DNA of 64,000 nucleotides, taken from Bacteroidales bacterium. GTDB lineage: Bacteria; Bacteroidota; Bacteroidia; Bacteroidales; Paludibacteraceae. A model generated the notes under the pieces. The model saw only the letters and a list, made by a program, of their open reading frames with translations. It was not told where the DNA came from and did no database searches. Positions 9,459 through 19,300 of this stretch are shown here, in pieces. Every line of letters begins with the position of its first letter. Positions within the stretch are counted from its first letter, which is position 1. A program made the position numbers and the translations under genes. The stretch lies in NCBI GenBank assembly GCA_012837685.1, contig DUQS01000042.1:11739-75738 (forward strand). Reading direction: 5' to 3'.

Positions 9459-10667
9459 TTATTTTATCAGCAACGAACTGTCGCCGTAACTGAGAAAGCG
9501 AAATTCGTTATCAAGAGCGTAGCGGTAAATGTTTTTCCAATTATCGCTTTCAACAAAGGCAGAAATCAGCAGTAAAAGAGTGCTTTTGGGTTGGTGAAAA
9601 TTAGTAATCATTTTATTGACAATACGAAACTGAAATCCCGGGGCAATGATGATTTGCGTTGCAGCATTGATGTAAGTGAGATTGTTTTTTGCCATGTAGT
9701 CGGCAATTTCCTGTAAAGCTTCTTGGGCGGTTAGCGTGTTCAATTCTTTGTAAGGTTGCCATTGTGCAACGCAAAAGTCCGTTTTTTTGTTGTGGAGATT
9801 ACACCCCAAGTAATAGAGGCTTTCCAAAGTGCGTACCGAAGTGGTGCCTACGGCAGCAATGTGTCCCAAATTGGCGATAATGCGTTCAAGTGAACTTTTA
9901 CGTATTGAAAAAAATTCGGTATGCATTTCGTGCTGACCGATAACAGCCGATTTTACAGGTTTGAATGTTCCTGCGCCGACGTGCAGTGTAATTTCTTCGC
10001 GTTCAATACTTTTAGCGGCAATTTTGTCCAGCACATCTTGTGTAAAGTGCAAACCTGCTGTGGGGGCGGCTACCGACCCTTTTATTTTGGAATAGACTGT
10101 TTGGTAGGTAGTTTTGTCCGATTCTTCCGTTTTGCGGTTGAGGTAGGGCGGTATCGGCAATTCGCCCAATTGTTCGAGTATATCGGCAAAAGTGGCATTG
10201 TCGTTGTTCCACGTGAAAGCTATTTGGTGCGACATTTCATTTTCAGTGTGCAGGCGTTCTATCTCTATGGTAGTCGTTTCCTCATTGATGCTGACAGAGT
10301 TGGTAAGTTTGCCATTTTTCCATTTTTTTAGATTACCTACAAGGCACGTCCATACGCATTGGCGAGTAGTTTGAAAAATCAACTGATAGTCGTTGGGCGT
10401 GTGTGGTTCTAAACAAAATATTTCAATTCGCGCGCCGGTTGATTTGTAGAAAACAAGGCGAGCTTGAATAACGCGCGTGTTGTTGTAAACCAACAAATCG
10501 TTGGAATCTAAAAGTTCGGGAATGTCGTAAAAATGGCGTTCGGAAATGCTGCCTTTATTCCAAATAAGTAATTTTGAAGCATCGCGTTGCCGAAGTGGAA
10601 ATTTGGCTATGCGGCTGTCGGGTAGTGGGTAATCGTAGTTGCTGATAGGTATTTCTTCGGGTATCAT
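9459..10667 (-). CDS. queA: S-adenosylmethionine:tRNA ribosyltransferase-isomerase QueA
   Basis: YDYPLPDSRIAKFPL N-terminus, PIPPYL, GSVAAPTAGLHFT, HVGAGTFKPV, AVGTTSVRTLES, NFHQPKSTLL. The track start (10742) lies upstream of a TAnnTTTG box (10688-10695, minus), so I prefer the ATG at 10667. Confidence 0.88.
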   Translation of the reverse strand: MIPEEIPISNYDYPLPDSRIAKFPLRQRDASKLLIWNKGSISERHFYDIPELLDSNDLLVYNNTRVIQARLVFYKSTGARIEIFCLEPHTPNDYQLIFQTTRQCVWTCLVGNLKKWKNGKLTNSVSINEETTTIEIERLHTENEMSHQIAFTWNNDNATFADILEQLGELPIPPYLNRKTEESDKTTYQTVYSKIKGSVAAPTAGLHFTQDVLDKIAAKSIEREEITLHVGAGTFKPVKSAVIGQHEMHTEFFSIRKSSLERIIANLGHIAAVGTTSVRTLESLYYLGCNLHNKKTDFCVAQWQPYKELNTLTAQEALQEIADYMAKNNLTYINAATQIIIAPGFQFRIVNKMITNFHQPKSTLLLLISAFVESDNWKNIYRYALDNEFRFLSYGDSSLLIK

Positions 10668-10687
10668 CGCTTCTTTTTTACGGGTGT

Positions 10688-10695
10688 CAAAATTA
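10688..10695 (-). promoter_or_regulatory. -7 box (TAATTTTG on the minus strand) upstream of queA
   Basis: CAAAATTA on the plus strand, 21 nt upstream of the ATG at 10667. Confidence 0.4.
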
Positions 10696-10881
10696 ATGGA
10701 TTTTTTTGAAAGAAGCCGAATGTTTCTTTTGATAAATTGCAAAAAGAGCTTTTTCCTTTAATATAATGATGTACAGAGCTTAATCGTTTTATTATTGTTG
10801 TTTGAAAAATTAGCACTACTTTTGTGTGATGCAAATAAACGCTTTTTAAGCAATTGCAAAGATTGAAAAACTGATAAAGAG

Positions 10882-11928
10882 ATGGTAAAAATTGGTGATA
10901 AAGTCCGCTACCTTAATGCTGTTGGCGGAGGTGTGATAAGCAAAATTCAGAAAAATTTGGTTTATGTGTTAGAGTCGGACGGTTTTGAAACACCGGTGTT
11001 GGCGAATGAAGTAGTGGTGGTCAATACGGTAAATCAATATAATTTTCCGACAGAGGATAAAACTATTCCCGAACAAGTTATTGAAAATGAGCCTGTTCAA
11101 GAAACGCCCGTTTACGAATTTGACGAATCGGAGGAAACTAAAGAAGGTGAAGCTCTGTCGGTTTATTTGGCTTTAGTGCCCGACGATTTGAAACAGATGC
11201 AAACCACCAAAACAGAGTGTTATTTGGTCAATTCGAGCAATTATTACTTGTCTTTCAATTTTTTTCGCGGTGAAGATGAATTGGAACTGAAAGAAAATGG
11301 CGTGGTAGAACCACAAACAAAACTGTGGCTGGAAACTGTGGAAAAAGAGGACGTAAACGCTTTTACATCAATTCGTTTTCAGGCAATAGCGTACAAAAAG
11401 AACAAATCATTTACCGTAAAACCCGTTATTGATACTGTTTTGACTATTGACCCGACCAAATTTTACAAACTTCACAGTTTTACGGAAAACGATTATTTCG
11501 ACAAAAAAGCATGGTTGCTGCCCATTATCGAAAACGACGGCGTGGCGGAAGATTACCGCATTGTGGAAGCTGAACTGAAGTCGGCGTTGGCGCAAAAAGA
11601 GCGGGTTGAGCCCAAAAAACGTTTCCCTGCGAAAGTCAATAAAAATACGGTCATCGAAGTTGATTTACATATCAACCAATTAGTCGATTCTACGGTCGGT
11701 ATGAGCAATTTTGATATGTTACAAGTGCAATTGGGCAAGTTCAACGAAGTGATGCGTGCCAACCTTAAAAAGAGAGGTCAAAAAATTGTTTTTATTCACG
11801 GAAAAGGTGAAGGTGTATTGCGCAAAGAGATTGAAAAGGTTTTGAAAACGTCCTACCGCACTTGCTATTTTCAGGACGCTTCGTTCCAACAATACGGTTT
11901 TGGTGCTACGCAAGTAACCATACGTTAA
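10882..11928 (+). CDS. Smr domain protein with DUF2027-like N-terminal region
   Basis: 348 aa. C-terminal Smr signature VIEVDLHINQL ... GQKIVFIHGKGEGVLRKEIEKVL. The N-terminus (KIGDKVRYLNAVGGGVISKI) has no motif I can name. The DUF2027 label comes from my memory of Bacteroides annotations. Confidence 0.7.
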   Translation: MVKIGDKVRYLNAVGGGVISKIQKNLVYVLESDGFETPVLANEVVVVNTVNQYNFPTEDKTIPEQVIENEPVQETPVYEFDESEETKEGEALSVYLALVPDDLKQMQTTKTECYLVNSSNYYLSFNFFRGEDELELKENGVVEPQTKLWLETVEKEDVNAFTSIRFQAIAYKKNKSFTVKPVIDTVLTIDPTKFYKLHSFTENDYFDKKAWLLPIIENDGVAEDYRIVEAELKSALAQKERVEPKKRFPAKVNKNTVIEVDLHINQLVDSTVGMSNFDMLQVQLGKFNEVMRANLKKRGQKIVFIHGKGEGVLRKEIEKVLKTSYRTCYFQDASFQQYGFGATQVTIR

Positions 11929-11951
11929 ATGAAATTTTGTGTCCGACTTTT

Positions 11952-12299
11952 TTATCCGCCTATGCGTTTGCATTTGTAGCCCATTTTGGTGAGAACAGTC
12001 TCTATTTTGGTGCGGAAGTCGCCTTGTATGAGAATTTCGCCGTCTTTTACCGAGCCACCTACGCCACATTTTGTTTTAAGCGTCTTACCCAACTCTTTTA
12101 AATCGTTTGCGGTACCCACAAAACCGGTTACGAGTGTAACCGACTTGCCGCCGCGGTTGCGTTTGTCCAATTGTAGTTTCAGCATTTGCCGATTTGGCGG
12201 CAATGTTTCAACATCTTCCAGTTCCGCTTTTTCGTATTGAAAATCGGGGTTGGTGGAATAGACAATGTTTAGACGTTCTTTCCAATCTAATTTTGCCAT
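11952..12299 (-). CDS. yciH: SUI1/eIF1-family translation initiation factor (YciH-like)
   Basis: 115 aa. [14 protein letters not shown] ... [26 protein letters not shown] matches the SUI1 domain pattern. Confidence 0.85.
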   Translation of the reverse strand: MAKLDWKERLNIVYSTNPDFQYEKAELEDVETLPPNRQMLKLQLDKRNRGGKSVTLVTGFVGTANDLKELGKTLKTKCGVGGSVKDGEILIQGDFRTKIETVLTKMGYKCKRIGG

Positions 12300-12399
12300 A
12301 AAAAGTCTGCTTTTATTTTACAAAGTTAAGGATAAAATATGGTCGGAACAAAATTTTTTGTACCTTCGTACGTTTAATGTTTGTATAAATTGCGAAAGA

Positions 12400-13059
12400 A
12401 TGCCTGATATATTTTTAAAAATACCGGAACCTGCTTTGCGGCGTCTTCCGTGGTATTTGGCTTACGCTCAGTTGGCTAAACGTCAGGGGGTTAAGTTTCT
12501 GTCGTCCACGCAAATAGCGAAAAAAATAGGCATTGAAGCTTCGTTGGTGGCGAAAGATTTTTCGTACGTTACCATTTCCGGAAAAACGCGTGTCGGCTAC
12601 GATGTGGACGAACTCATTTTTGCGTTGAACCATTTTTTGGGATTTGCCAACCAGCACGAAGCGTTTTTGTTTGGTGTAGGCAGTTTGGGTTCGTCTCTGC
12701 TCCACGACCACGGTTTATTGCAGTACGGGCTTAAAATTTTGGCAGCTTTCGATGTTAAACACGAGTTAGTAGGAACGCAAATCAATCGAATTCCTATTCA
12801 TCACGTCAATCATTTTATGTCGTTGCAAAAGCAGATGAATGTACATATCGGCGTACTGACGGTGCCGGTTGATAATGCTCAGGAAGTAGCTGATGTAATG
12901 ATTGCCGGAGGCATCCGCGCCATTTGGAATTTTACGCCGTTTCGCATCCGTGTACCCGAAAATATTGTAGTGCAAAATACATCAATGTACGCTCATTTAG
13001 CATTAATTTTCAATCGTTTGAAAGAAGAGTTGGAAACCGAAAAACACGAAGATGTATGA
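12400..13059 (+). CDS. rex: Redox-sensing transcriptional repressor Rex
   Basis: IPEPALRRLPWYLAYAQL winged-helix N-terminus, then a Rossmann segment FLFGVGSLGSSLL. The track start (12265) would overlap SUI1 on the opposite strand, so I use the ATG at 12400. Confidence 0.85.
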   Translation: MPDIFLKIPEPALRRLPWYLAYAQLAKRQGVKFLSSTQIAKKIGIEASLVAKDFSYVTISGKTRVGYDVDELIFALNHFLGFANQHEAFLFGVGSLGSSLLHDHGLLQYGLKILAAFDVKHELVGTQINRIPIHHVNHFMSLQKQMNVHIGVLTVPVDNAQEVADVMIAGGIRAIWNFTPFRIRVPENIVVQNTSMYAHLALIFNRLKEELETEKHEDV

Positions 13060-13667
13060 AAATTTTTGCTGTAGGCTGGAATTATCCTTTGCACAACAAA
13101 GAGATGGAACATCAGTGTGCTTCCGAACCGACTGTTTTTATGAAGCCCGACACCGCATTGCTTAGGAATAACCGACCGTTTTATATTCCCGATTTTTCGC
13201 ACGAAGTTCACTATGAAACGGAAGTGGTGCTGAGAATTTGTCGTTTGGGCAAAAATATTGCCGAAAAATTTGCCGACCGTTACTATGATGCAGTGGCTTT
13301 GGGAGTAGATTTTACGGCGCGCGACTTGCAAAACAGGCAAAAAGCAATTGGCGGACCATGGGAAATTTCAAAAGCGTTCGATGGCTCTGCGGTTATCAGT
13401 GAATTTGTTCCGTTAGAGACTTTTAGTAATCCTAAAGCATTGAATTTTAATCTTTTACTCAACGGTAAAGAGGTGCAACGCGGTAATACATCGCAAATGA
13501 TTTTCGATTTTAATGCACTGATTGCCTACATTAGTCGCTTTTTTACCCTGAAAATGGGCGATTTGATTTATACCGGAACGCCTTCGGGTGTGGGAAAGGT
13601 GTCCATCAACGACCACTTGCAAGGATTCTTGGAAAATAAACTAATGTTCGATTTTTATGTCAAATGA
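13056..13667 (+). CDS. Fumarylacetoacetate hydrolase (FAH) family protein
   Basis: MKIFAVGWNY..., PWEISKAFD, GDLIYTGTPSGVG. Its ATG overlaps the rex TGA (ATGA at 13056-13059). Confidence 0.8.
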   Translation: MKIFAVGWNYPLHNKEMEHQCASEPTVFMKPDTALLRNNRPFYIPDFSHEVHYETEVVLRICRLGKNIAEKFADRYYDAVALGVDFTARDLQNRQKAIGGPWEISKAFDGSAVISEFVPLETFSNPKALNFNLLLNGKEVQRGNTSQMIFDFNALIAYISRFFTLKMGDLIYTGTPSGVGKVSINDHLQGFLENKLMFDFYVK

Positions 13668-13689
13668 ATAATTGATAACGGTTTTTTAT

Positions 13690-13697
13690 TACCTTTG
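13690..13697 (+). promoter_or_regulatory. -7 box (TACCTTTG) upstream of porU
   Basis: Exact TAnnTTTG match 20 nt before the porU ATG (13717) and after the FAH stop. Confidence 0.4.
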
Positions 13698-13716
13698 CAC
13701 TTTATTATATAGAGCC

Positions 13717-16700
13717 ATGAAAAAAATCCATTTGCTAATAGTATTGCTGTTCCCGTTGTTGGGATTTGCCGAAAGTTATCAACTGACTTGGCGAGCACCG
13801 CAAAAATGGAATATGGAGAACGATGACCAAAAAGTGCCGACTTTCGACGGTGCTTTTTATCCTGACGCAACGGGGCTGCCTTGGTGGAACTTGTCCGTGT
13901 CAGAAATAGTCGGTCTTGAAGTTATCAATCCTGTGTATGAGGCTTGCACGACCGAAGAAACGCTTTTTTTGAAGCAACGTGTAGAACATATTCCCGAAAC
14001 GTTGCTCTTCAAAGTGCGCACGGTTACGGAACGCAAAGTTTCGTCAACACTGTTGTCTTTGCTGCCATTTGTGGCTACCGACGGTGGATTTAAAAAATTA
14101 AAATCGTTTGAAGTAAAACATACGAATACAATCCAAAAATCGGCTGCTGCTTTACCGGCAGACCGTTATGCCGCGCATTCCGTTTTACGCAACGGCACAT
14201 GGCAAAAAATTAAAGTGAACAAAACGGGCATCTATAAAATAACTTACGAAGAATTAGCGTCTATCGGCATGGCTTCCGAAAATATAAAAGTGTATGGCTA
14301 TGGCGGTAATATGATAGATGAAGATTTCCGCAAACCGTACATTGACGACCTTCCCGAAGTTCCGATTTACATGGAAAAAGGTGCCGACAATGTTTTTAAC
14401 GAAGGCGATTTTATTCTGTTTTATGGTAAAGGTCCTACGGCTTGGTCGTACCAATACGGTCGTTTTCGTCACCGCCAAAATGTCTATTCCAATGCCGGTT
14501 ATTATTTCCTTACTACTGACGGCGGAGCAGGCAAGCGTATCGTGCCCGAATCTGACCCATTGACCTCTTCAAATGGTGATATTACATCTTTTACCGACTA
14601 TTTTGTGCACGAGAGAGATTTAGTAAATCTCATTAATTCCGGTCGCGAATTTTACGGAGAAGAATTTGGTTCAAAATCTTATTACGAATTTACGGCACCG
14701 TTTCCCAATATGTTGTCTGAGACGGCGTATGTGGTGTTGGATGTAGCCACGCGCTTTTGGAACTATTATTCTACGTTTCGTCTCTATGCCAACGATGTTG
14801 AAATTTGCACTGCCACACTTCCGCCTTTGGAAGGGTCAGCCATTCACGAATTTGCGAAAACATCCAATTCGGTTGCTTATTTTACTTCGCCTGTCGGCAA
14901 TCAATTGAATTTAAACCTTACGTTTAACCAGCCAACTGCGCGTGGTTGGCTGAACTATTTCGAATTGAATGTGAAACGGGCATTGAAAATGGTCGGCGAA
15001 GCTCCGCTTTTCTTCCGTAATATCGATTATTTGGCACAAAGAAAAACACACCGTTATTTACTTTCGAATGCAAATGCAACTACTCAGGTATGGAACATTA
15101 CCAATCCGTTCAACATTATACAAATGTATACTGAATGGGTAGAGCAGGATTTGGCGTTTGTAGCTTCCACCGATACGTTGAATGAATTTGTAGCGGTCAA
15201 TCCTTCGTACGGACAATTTTTTGTTCCTGAGTTTGTTGGAGCTGTTGCAAATCAGGATTTGCACGCTCTGCCGCAAACGGACATGATTATCATTTCCAAT
15301 GTCGATTTTATGGGCGAAGCACAACGCTTAGCCGAATACCATCGTCAGGCTGACGGTATGTCGGTGGTAGTGGTTGACGGCTCGATTATTTTCAATGAAT
15401 TTTCTTCGGGTACTCCCGATGCCAGCGCATACCGACGTTTTGTAAAAATGTTTTACGATAGGGCTGTGTCGCCCTCCGATATGCCACGCTATTTGCTGTT
15501 GTTTGGCGACGGTAGTTTTGACAACCGCGGTATTTTGTATGCAGAAAAACCTATTCGCCGTTTGTTGACTTTCCAAAGTGTTAACTCGGTGTTTGAAACA
15601 TCGTCGTTTGTAGTGGACGATTATTTCGGCTTTTTAGACGATTCGGAAGGTATCGATTTGGCTTACGACAGGTTGGATATTGGTGTCGGACGCTTCCCTG
15701 TTTATTCTTTGGAACAGGCAAAGGCTGTTGTGGATAAAACAATTGGTTATTGTGAAAATAAAATTCTTGGCAATTGGAAAAATCAAGCTGTTTTTGTCGC
15801 CGACGATGGCGACGACAATATGCACATGAAGGATGCCGACAGTGTGGCAAATCTCATGGCGCGCCTTTATCCCGAAATATTGGTGCGTAAACTCTATTTA
15901 GATGCTTATCAACAAGAGGTTTCGGCAAGCGGTGAACGTTATCCTTTGGCAAAGGAAATTTTCCAAAATTACATTAAGTTTGGTACGTTGATGTTGAACT
16001 TTATGGGACACGGAGGTTACAATGGATGGACTAACGAGCAATTGCTGACTGCCGAAGACATGTTAAATATGTACAACGACCGTTTCTCGCTTTGGATAAC
16101 GGCGACGTGCGATTTTGCACGTTTCGATGACTTTAAAGATACTGGAGGCGAACAGGTACTTCGCAATTCGCACGGTGGTACATATGGATTGTTTACCACG
16201 ACGCGTACTGTTCACGCTGCACCAAACTATTATTTGAATAGGGAATTTATAAATTTTTTACTGAAAAAAGATGCGAACGGAGAGCAATGGAGCGTGGGCG
16301 ATGTGATGCGCTTGGCTAAAAATGCTCGAAATGGCGAATCGAATAAGTTGGCATTTTCATTGTTGGGCGACCCTGCTGTCAAATTAGTGTCGCCACGTCC
16401 GTATAAAGTGCTGACTGACAGCATCAATTTTCATCCTTTGTCGGGAGTGTTGGATACGTTGAAAGCGTTGGACGAAGTCTATTTGGCGGGTCATATAAAG
16501 AATGCTGATAGCCAAATAGTTGAAGATTTTAACGGTTTTGTACATATTAGTATATTTGATAAGGAAGAGACGATAACAACTATAGACAACGATCAACCCG
16601 ATCCTGAAAAAAAACGACCTTATGTTTATCTTGACAGACCAAATCCTATTTTTCAGGGTAAAGCGTATGTTGTTAACGGCGAATTTAATTTTAAATTTTT

Positions 16701-17499
16701 GTTACCAAAGGATATTAGGTACAACTTTGGCACAGGTCGCATTGTCTATTATGCGGCTGATGAAACTACCGGTAGTGAGGCGAATGGTAATTTTACCAAT
16801 TTTGTTGTCGGAGGCGAAAATCCCAATTTTGAGTTCGATGATGTTGGACCTGAAATTACGGCTTATTTAAATACACCGGAATTTCGTCAGGGCGGTAAAG
16901 TGAACGAAACGCCGCTTTTTGTAGCGCAGTTATACGATAAAAGCGGTATTAATACCATAGGAACGGGCATCGGTCACGATATGATACTGAAATTGGACAA
17001 TGACCCTCTAAAAGAATGGTCGCTCAATTACTATTACGAATCAACCATTGGCAGTTATCAGCAGGGCGAAGTGCGTTACAAATTGACGGAAATACCCGAA
17101 GGCAAACATACTTTAACGTTCCGAGCTTGGGATTTGCAGAACAATTCATCGTCCATTTCTCTTAATTTTGAAGTGGTGAAAGGTCTCCAACCATGCTTGT
17201 ACGACATGTATGCCTATCCGAATCCTGCAGTTAGTCAAGTTCGTTTTGTTTATGAACATGACCGTCCCGATGCGCCATTGGATATTCAGGCTACGGTGTA
17301 CGACTTATCGGGGCGCGCAATTTGGAAATCCGACAAAATATTGATTACCAATGCCAACAAAAGTGAAGTGGAATGGGATTTGTGGAGTAGTGGTGATGGC
17401 GTAGTATGTCCGGGCATCTATTTGGTGCGTATGGAAGTGTCGGTTTCGCACAGCGAAAAAATTAGCAAGACAATTAAATTAATGATAAAAGGACAATAA
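13717..17499 (+). CDS. porU: Type IX secretion system sortase PorU (C25/gingipain-like peptidase)
   Basis: About 1260 aa with signal peptide MKKIHLLIVLLFPLLGFA. Large C25-type domain (FGDGSFDNRG, FMGHGGYNGW, WITATCDFARFD). C-terminal T9SS sorting domain (YPNPAVSQVRF...GIYLVRMEV). Immediately followed by porV. TAnnTTTG box at 13690-13697 supports the ATG at 13717. Confidence 0.88.
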   Translation: MKKIHLLIVLLFPLLGFAESYQLTWRAPQKWNMENDDQKVPTFDGAFYPDATGLPWWNLSVSEIVGLEVINPVYEACTTEETLFLKQRVEHIPETLLFKVRTVTERKVSSTLLSLLPFVATDGGFKKLKSFEVKHTNTIQKSAAALPADRYAAHSVLRNGTWQKIKVNKTGIYKITYEELASIGMASENIKVYGYGGNMIDEDFRKPYIDDLPEVPIYMEKGADNVFNEGDFILFYGKGPTAWSYQYGRFRHRQNVYSNAGYYFLTTDGGAGKRIVPESDPLTSSNGDITSFTDYFVHERDLVNLINSGREFYGEEFGSKSYYEFTAPFPNMLSETAYVVLDVATRFWNYYSTFRLYANDVEICTATLPPLEGSAIHEFAKTSNSVAYFTSPVGNQLNLNLTFNQPTARGWLNYFELNVKRALKMVGEAPLFFRNIDYLAQRKTHRYLLSNANATTQVWNITNPFNIIQMYTEWVEQDLAFVASTDTLNEFVAVNPSYGQFFVPEFVGAVANQDLHALPQTDMIIISNVDFMGEAQRLAEYHRQADGMSVVVVDGSIIFNEFSSGTPDASAYRRFVKMFYDRAVSPSDMPRYLLLFGDGSFDNRGILYAEKPIRRLLTFQSVNSVFETSSFVVDDYFGFLDDSEGIDLAYDRLDIGVGRFPVYSLEQAKAVVDKTIGYCENKILGNWKNQAVFVADDGDDNMHMKDADSVANLMARLYPEILVRKLYLDAYQQEVSASGERYPLAKEIFQNYIKFGTLMLNFMGHGGYNGWTNEQLLTAEDMLNMYNDRFSLWITATCDFARFDDFKDTGGEQVLRNSHGGTYGLFTTTRTVHAAPNYYLNREFINFLLKKDANGEQWSVGDVMRLAKNARNGESNKLAFSLLGDPAVKLVSPRPYKVLTDSINFHPLSGVLDTLKALDEVYLAGHIKNADSQIVEDFNGFVHISIFDKEETITTIDNDQPDPEKKRPYVYLDRPNPIFQGKAYVVNGEFNFKFLLPKDIRYNFGTGRIVYYAADETTGSEANGNFTNFVVGGENPNFEFDDVGPEITAYLNTPEFRQGGKVNETPLFVAQLYDKSGINTIGTGIGHDMILKLDNDPLKEWSLNYYYESTIGSYQQGEVRYKLTEIPEGKHTLTFRAWDLQNNSSSISLNFEVVKGLQPCLYDMYAYPNPAVSQVRFVYEHDRPDAPLDIQATVYDLSGRAIWKSDKILITNANKSEVEWDLWSSGDGVVCPGIYLVRMEVSVSHSEKISKTIKLMIKGQ

Positions 17500-17564
17500 A
17501 TACCTATAAGGGGCGTTTAATTGTTCGGTATAAAAAAGACTATTAGTTAATCAAATAATTTAGT

Positions 17565-18776
17565 ATGAAAAAACAGTTTTTAGCGGTTGTTCTTATTTTT
17601 GCTTCATGTGTGTCAGTATTAGCGGCAGGCGACCCTCCTGTTATCGATGAAAGTAATTACTTAAATCCATTAGTTACCGGTGTTCCGTCTCTCTCCATTG
17701 CTCCCGATGCTGTTGCGGGTGGTATGGGCGACATAGGTGTTGCTACCTTGCCGGACATTCATTCACAGCATTGGAATGCTTCAAAATATCCGTTTGCGAA
17801 CAGTAGTGCGGGTTTTGCCATCTCTTATACGCCATGGTTGCGCCGTTTGGGAGTTTCGGACATTGATTTGGCTTATTTGTCAGGTTATTATAATATTAGT
17901 AAAATAGCTGGAACGGTTAGCGCATCGTTGCGTTTCTTCTCGTTGGGCGAAATTTTGCTGCGCGAGTCGGCTGAAGCCATTCCTATTCCGGTCAATCCTT
18001 ACGAATTGGCTTTCGATGTGGCTTATTCGCGTATTTTGGCTGAAAATTTTTCTATGGGTGTAGCGTTTCGTTTTATCTGTTCAGATTTGAGTGCGCGCAA
18101 TGACCCTGACTATTATCCGGGCTATTCGTTTGCTTCCGACATAAATCTCTACTATCATTTGCCTATCGAAATAAAAACGGGCGAATCGTTGCTGGGTATC
18201 GGATTTAACCTATCGAACTTGGGTACAAAAATTTCGTACGACAAAAACAATACGAGCAACTTTTTGCCGACCAATATGCGTTTTGGTCTGTCGTACCTTG
18301 TTCCATTTGATAAATTTAACCGTTTAGCTATCAATGCAGACATTAATAAACTTCTTATTCCGTCACGTAAATCCAAATTTACGGAAGGTTTCAATCCTGA
18401 CGATCCTTCAACATGGACGATGAGCGAAAAGCAATATAGCGCAATTGGCGTTATGAAAGGTCTTGGCTATTCGTTTTGCGACGCTCCGGGCGGATTTAAA
18501 GAAGAGATGCAAGAAATTATGTGGGCGCTCGGTTTGGAATATGCTTACAATGAGCAGTTTTTTGGTCGTGCAGGCTACTTTAACGAAAGTCAAAATAAAG
18601 GTAACCGTAAGTATTTTACATTTGGTGCAGGTTTCCGTTTGTCGGCGTTCAAATTGGATGTCGGTTATGTGGTCTCTTTGGCGCAAAACAATCCTTTAGA
18701 CCAAACCTTACGTTTCACCTTGTCATTTGATGTTGATGGCATCAAAGCATTGGCTGATAGAGGCAAAGACAAATAA
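17565..18776 (+). CDS. porV: Type IX secretion system outer-membrane shuttle/channel protein PorV (LptO)
   Basis: 403 aa with signal peptide. Hallmark SIAPDAVAGGMGDIGVATLPDIHSQHWNASKYPF, beta-barrel-like alternation, position directly after porU. Confidence 0.88.
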   Translation: MKKQFLAVVLIFASCVSVLAAGDPPVIDESNYLNPLVTGVPSLSIAPDAVAGGMGDIGVATLPDIHSQHWNASKYPFANSSAGFAISYTPWLRRLGVSDIDLAYLSGYYNISKIAGTVSASLRFFSLGEILLRESAEAIPIPVNPYELAFDVAYSRILAENFSMGVAFRFICSDLSARNDPDYYPGYSFASDINLYYHLPIEIKTGESLLGIGFNLSNLGTKISYDKNNTSNFLPTNMRFGLSYLVPFDKFNRLAINADINKLLIPSRKSKFTEGFNPDDPSTWTMSEKQYSAIGVMKGLGYSFCDAPGGFKEEMQEIMWALGLEYAYNEQFFGRAGYFNESQNKGNRKYFTFGAGFRLSAFKLDVGYVVSLAQNNPLDQTLRFTLSFDVDGIKALADRGKDK

Positions 18777-18803
18777 AAATAAAAAAATAGATATAAAGAC
18801 GGA

Positions 18804-19280
18804 GTGAAAATTCGCGTTGGATTTGGTTACGATGTACACCGCTTGGTACAAGGCCGTGAGCTTTGGTTGGGCGGTGTACGCATTAATTCTCCTTTCGGTT
18901 TGCAAGGTCATTCCGATGCCGATGTGTTGATACACGCCGTTTGCGACGCTTTGTTGGGTGCCGCCAATATGCGCGACATCGGTTTTCACTTTCCTGATAA
19001 AGACACTGAATACAAGGATATTGACAGCAAAATTTTGCTCAAAAAAACCGTGGAACTTATTCGCGAAGCGGGCTACAGCATAGAAAATATTGATTGCATT
19101 ATTTGTGCCGAGCAACCGAAACTTAATCCGCATATCACGTCGATGCAAGCTGTTTTGGCACTTGTTATGGGCATTTCTACCGATGACATTTCCATCAAAG
19201 CAACTACTTCCGAAAAACTTGGTTTTGTAGGCAAAGAAGAAGGTATGGCGGCTTATGCGGTGGTGTTGATAAGTAAATAA
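18804..19280 (+). CDS. ispF: 2-C-methyl-D-erythritol 2,4-cyclodiphosphate synthase
   Basis: IRVGFGYDVHRL, GHSDADVLIHA, KATTSEKLGFVG. GTG start at 18804. Confidence 0.93.
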   Translation: MKIRVGFGYDVHRLVQGRELWLGGVRINSPFGLQGHSDADVLIHAVCDALLGAANMRDIGFHFPDKDTEYKDIDSKILLKKTVELIREAGYSIENIDCIICAEQPKLNPHITSMQAVLALVMGISTDDISIKATTSEKLGFVGKEEGMAAYAVVLISK

Positions 19281-19300
19281 TAACTTCAAATTCAATAATT

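Noticed and set aside
18723-19295. Long antisense ORFs opposite well-supported genes. Examples: 190 aa at 18723-19295 opposite ispF, 200 aa at 53868-54470 opposite porK, 152 aa at 33093-33551 opposite rplA, 143 aa at 46810-47241 opposite the TonB gene, 136 aa at 9921-10331 opposite queA, and 135 aa at 19946-20353 opposite the GDPD gene.
   Set aside because: Each lies entirely within a gene that has strong family motifs on the other strand. Their translations are compositionally odd (Cys/His/Arg/Phe-rich, low complexity) with no recognisable motif. None has its own promoter box or terminator. They are most simply frame-shadow ORFs.
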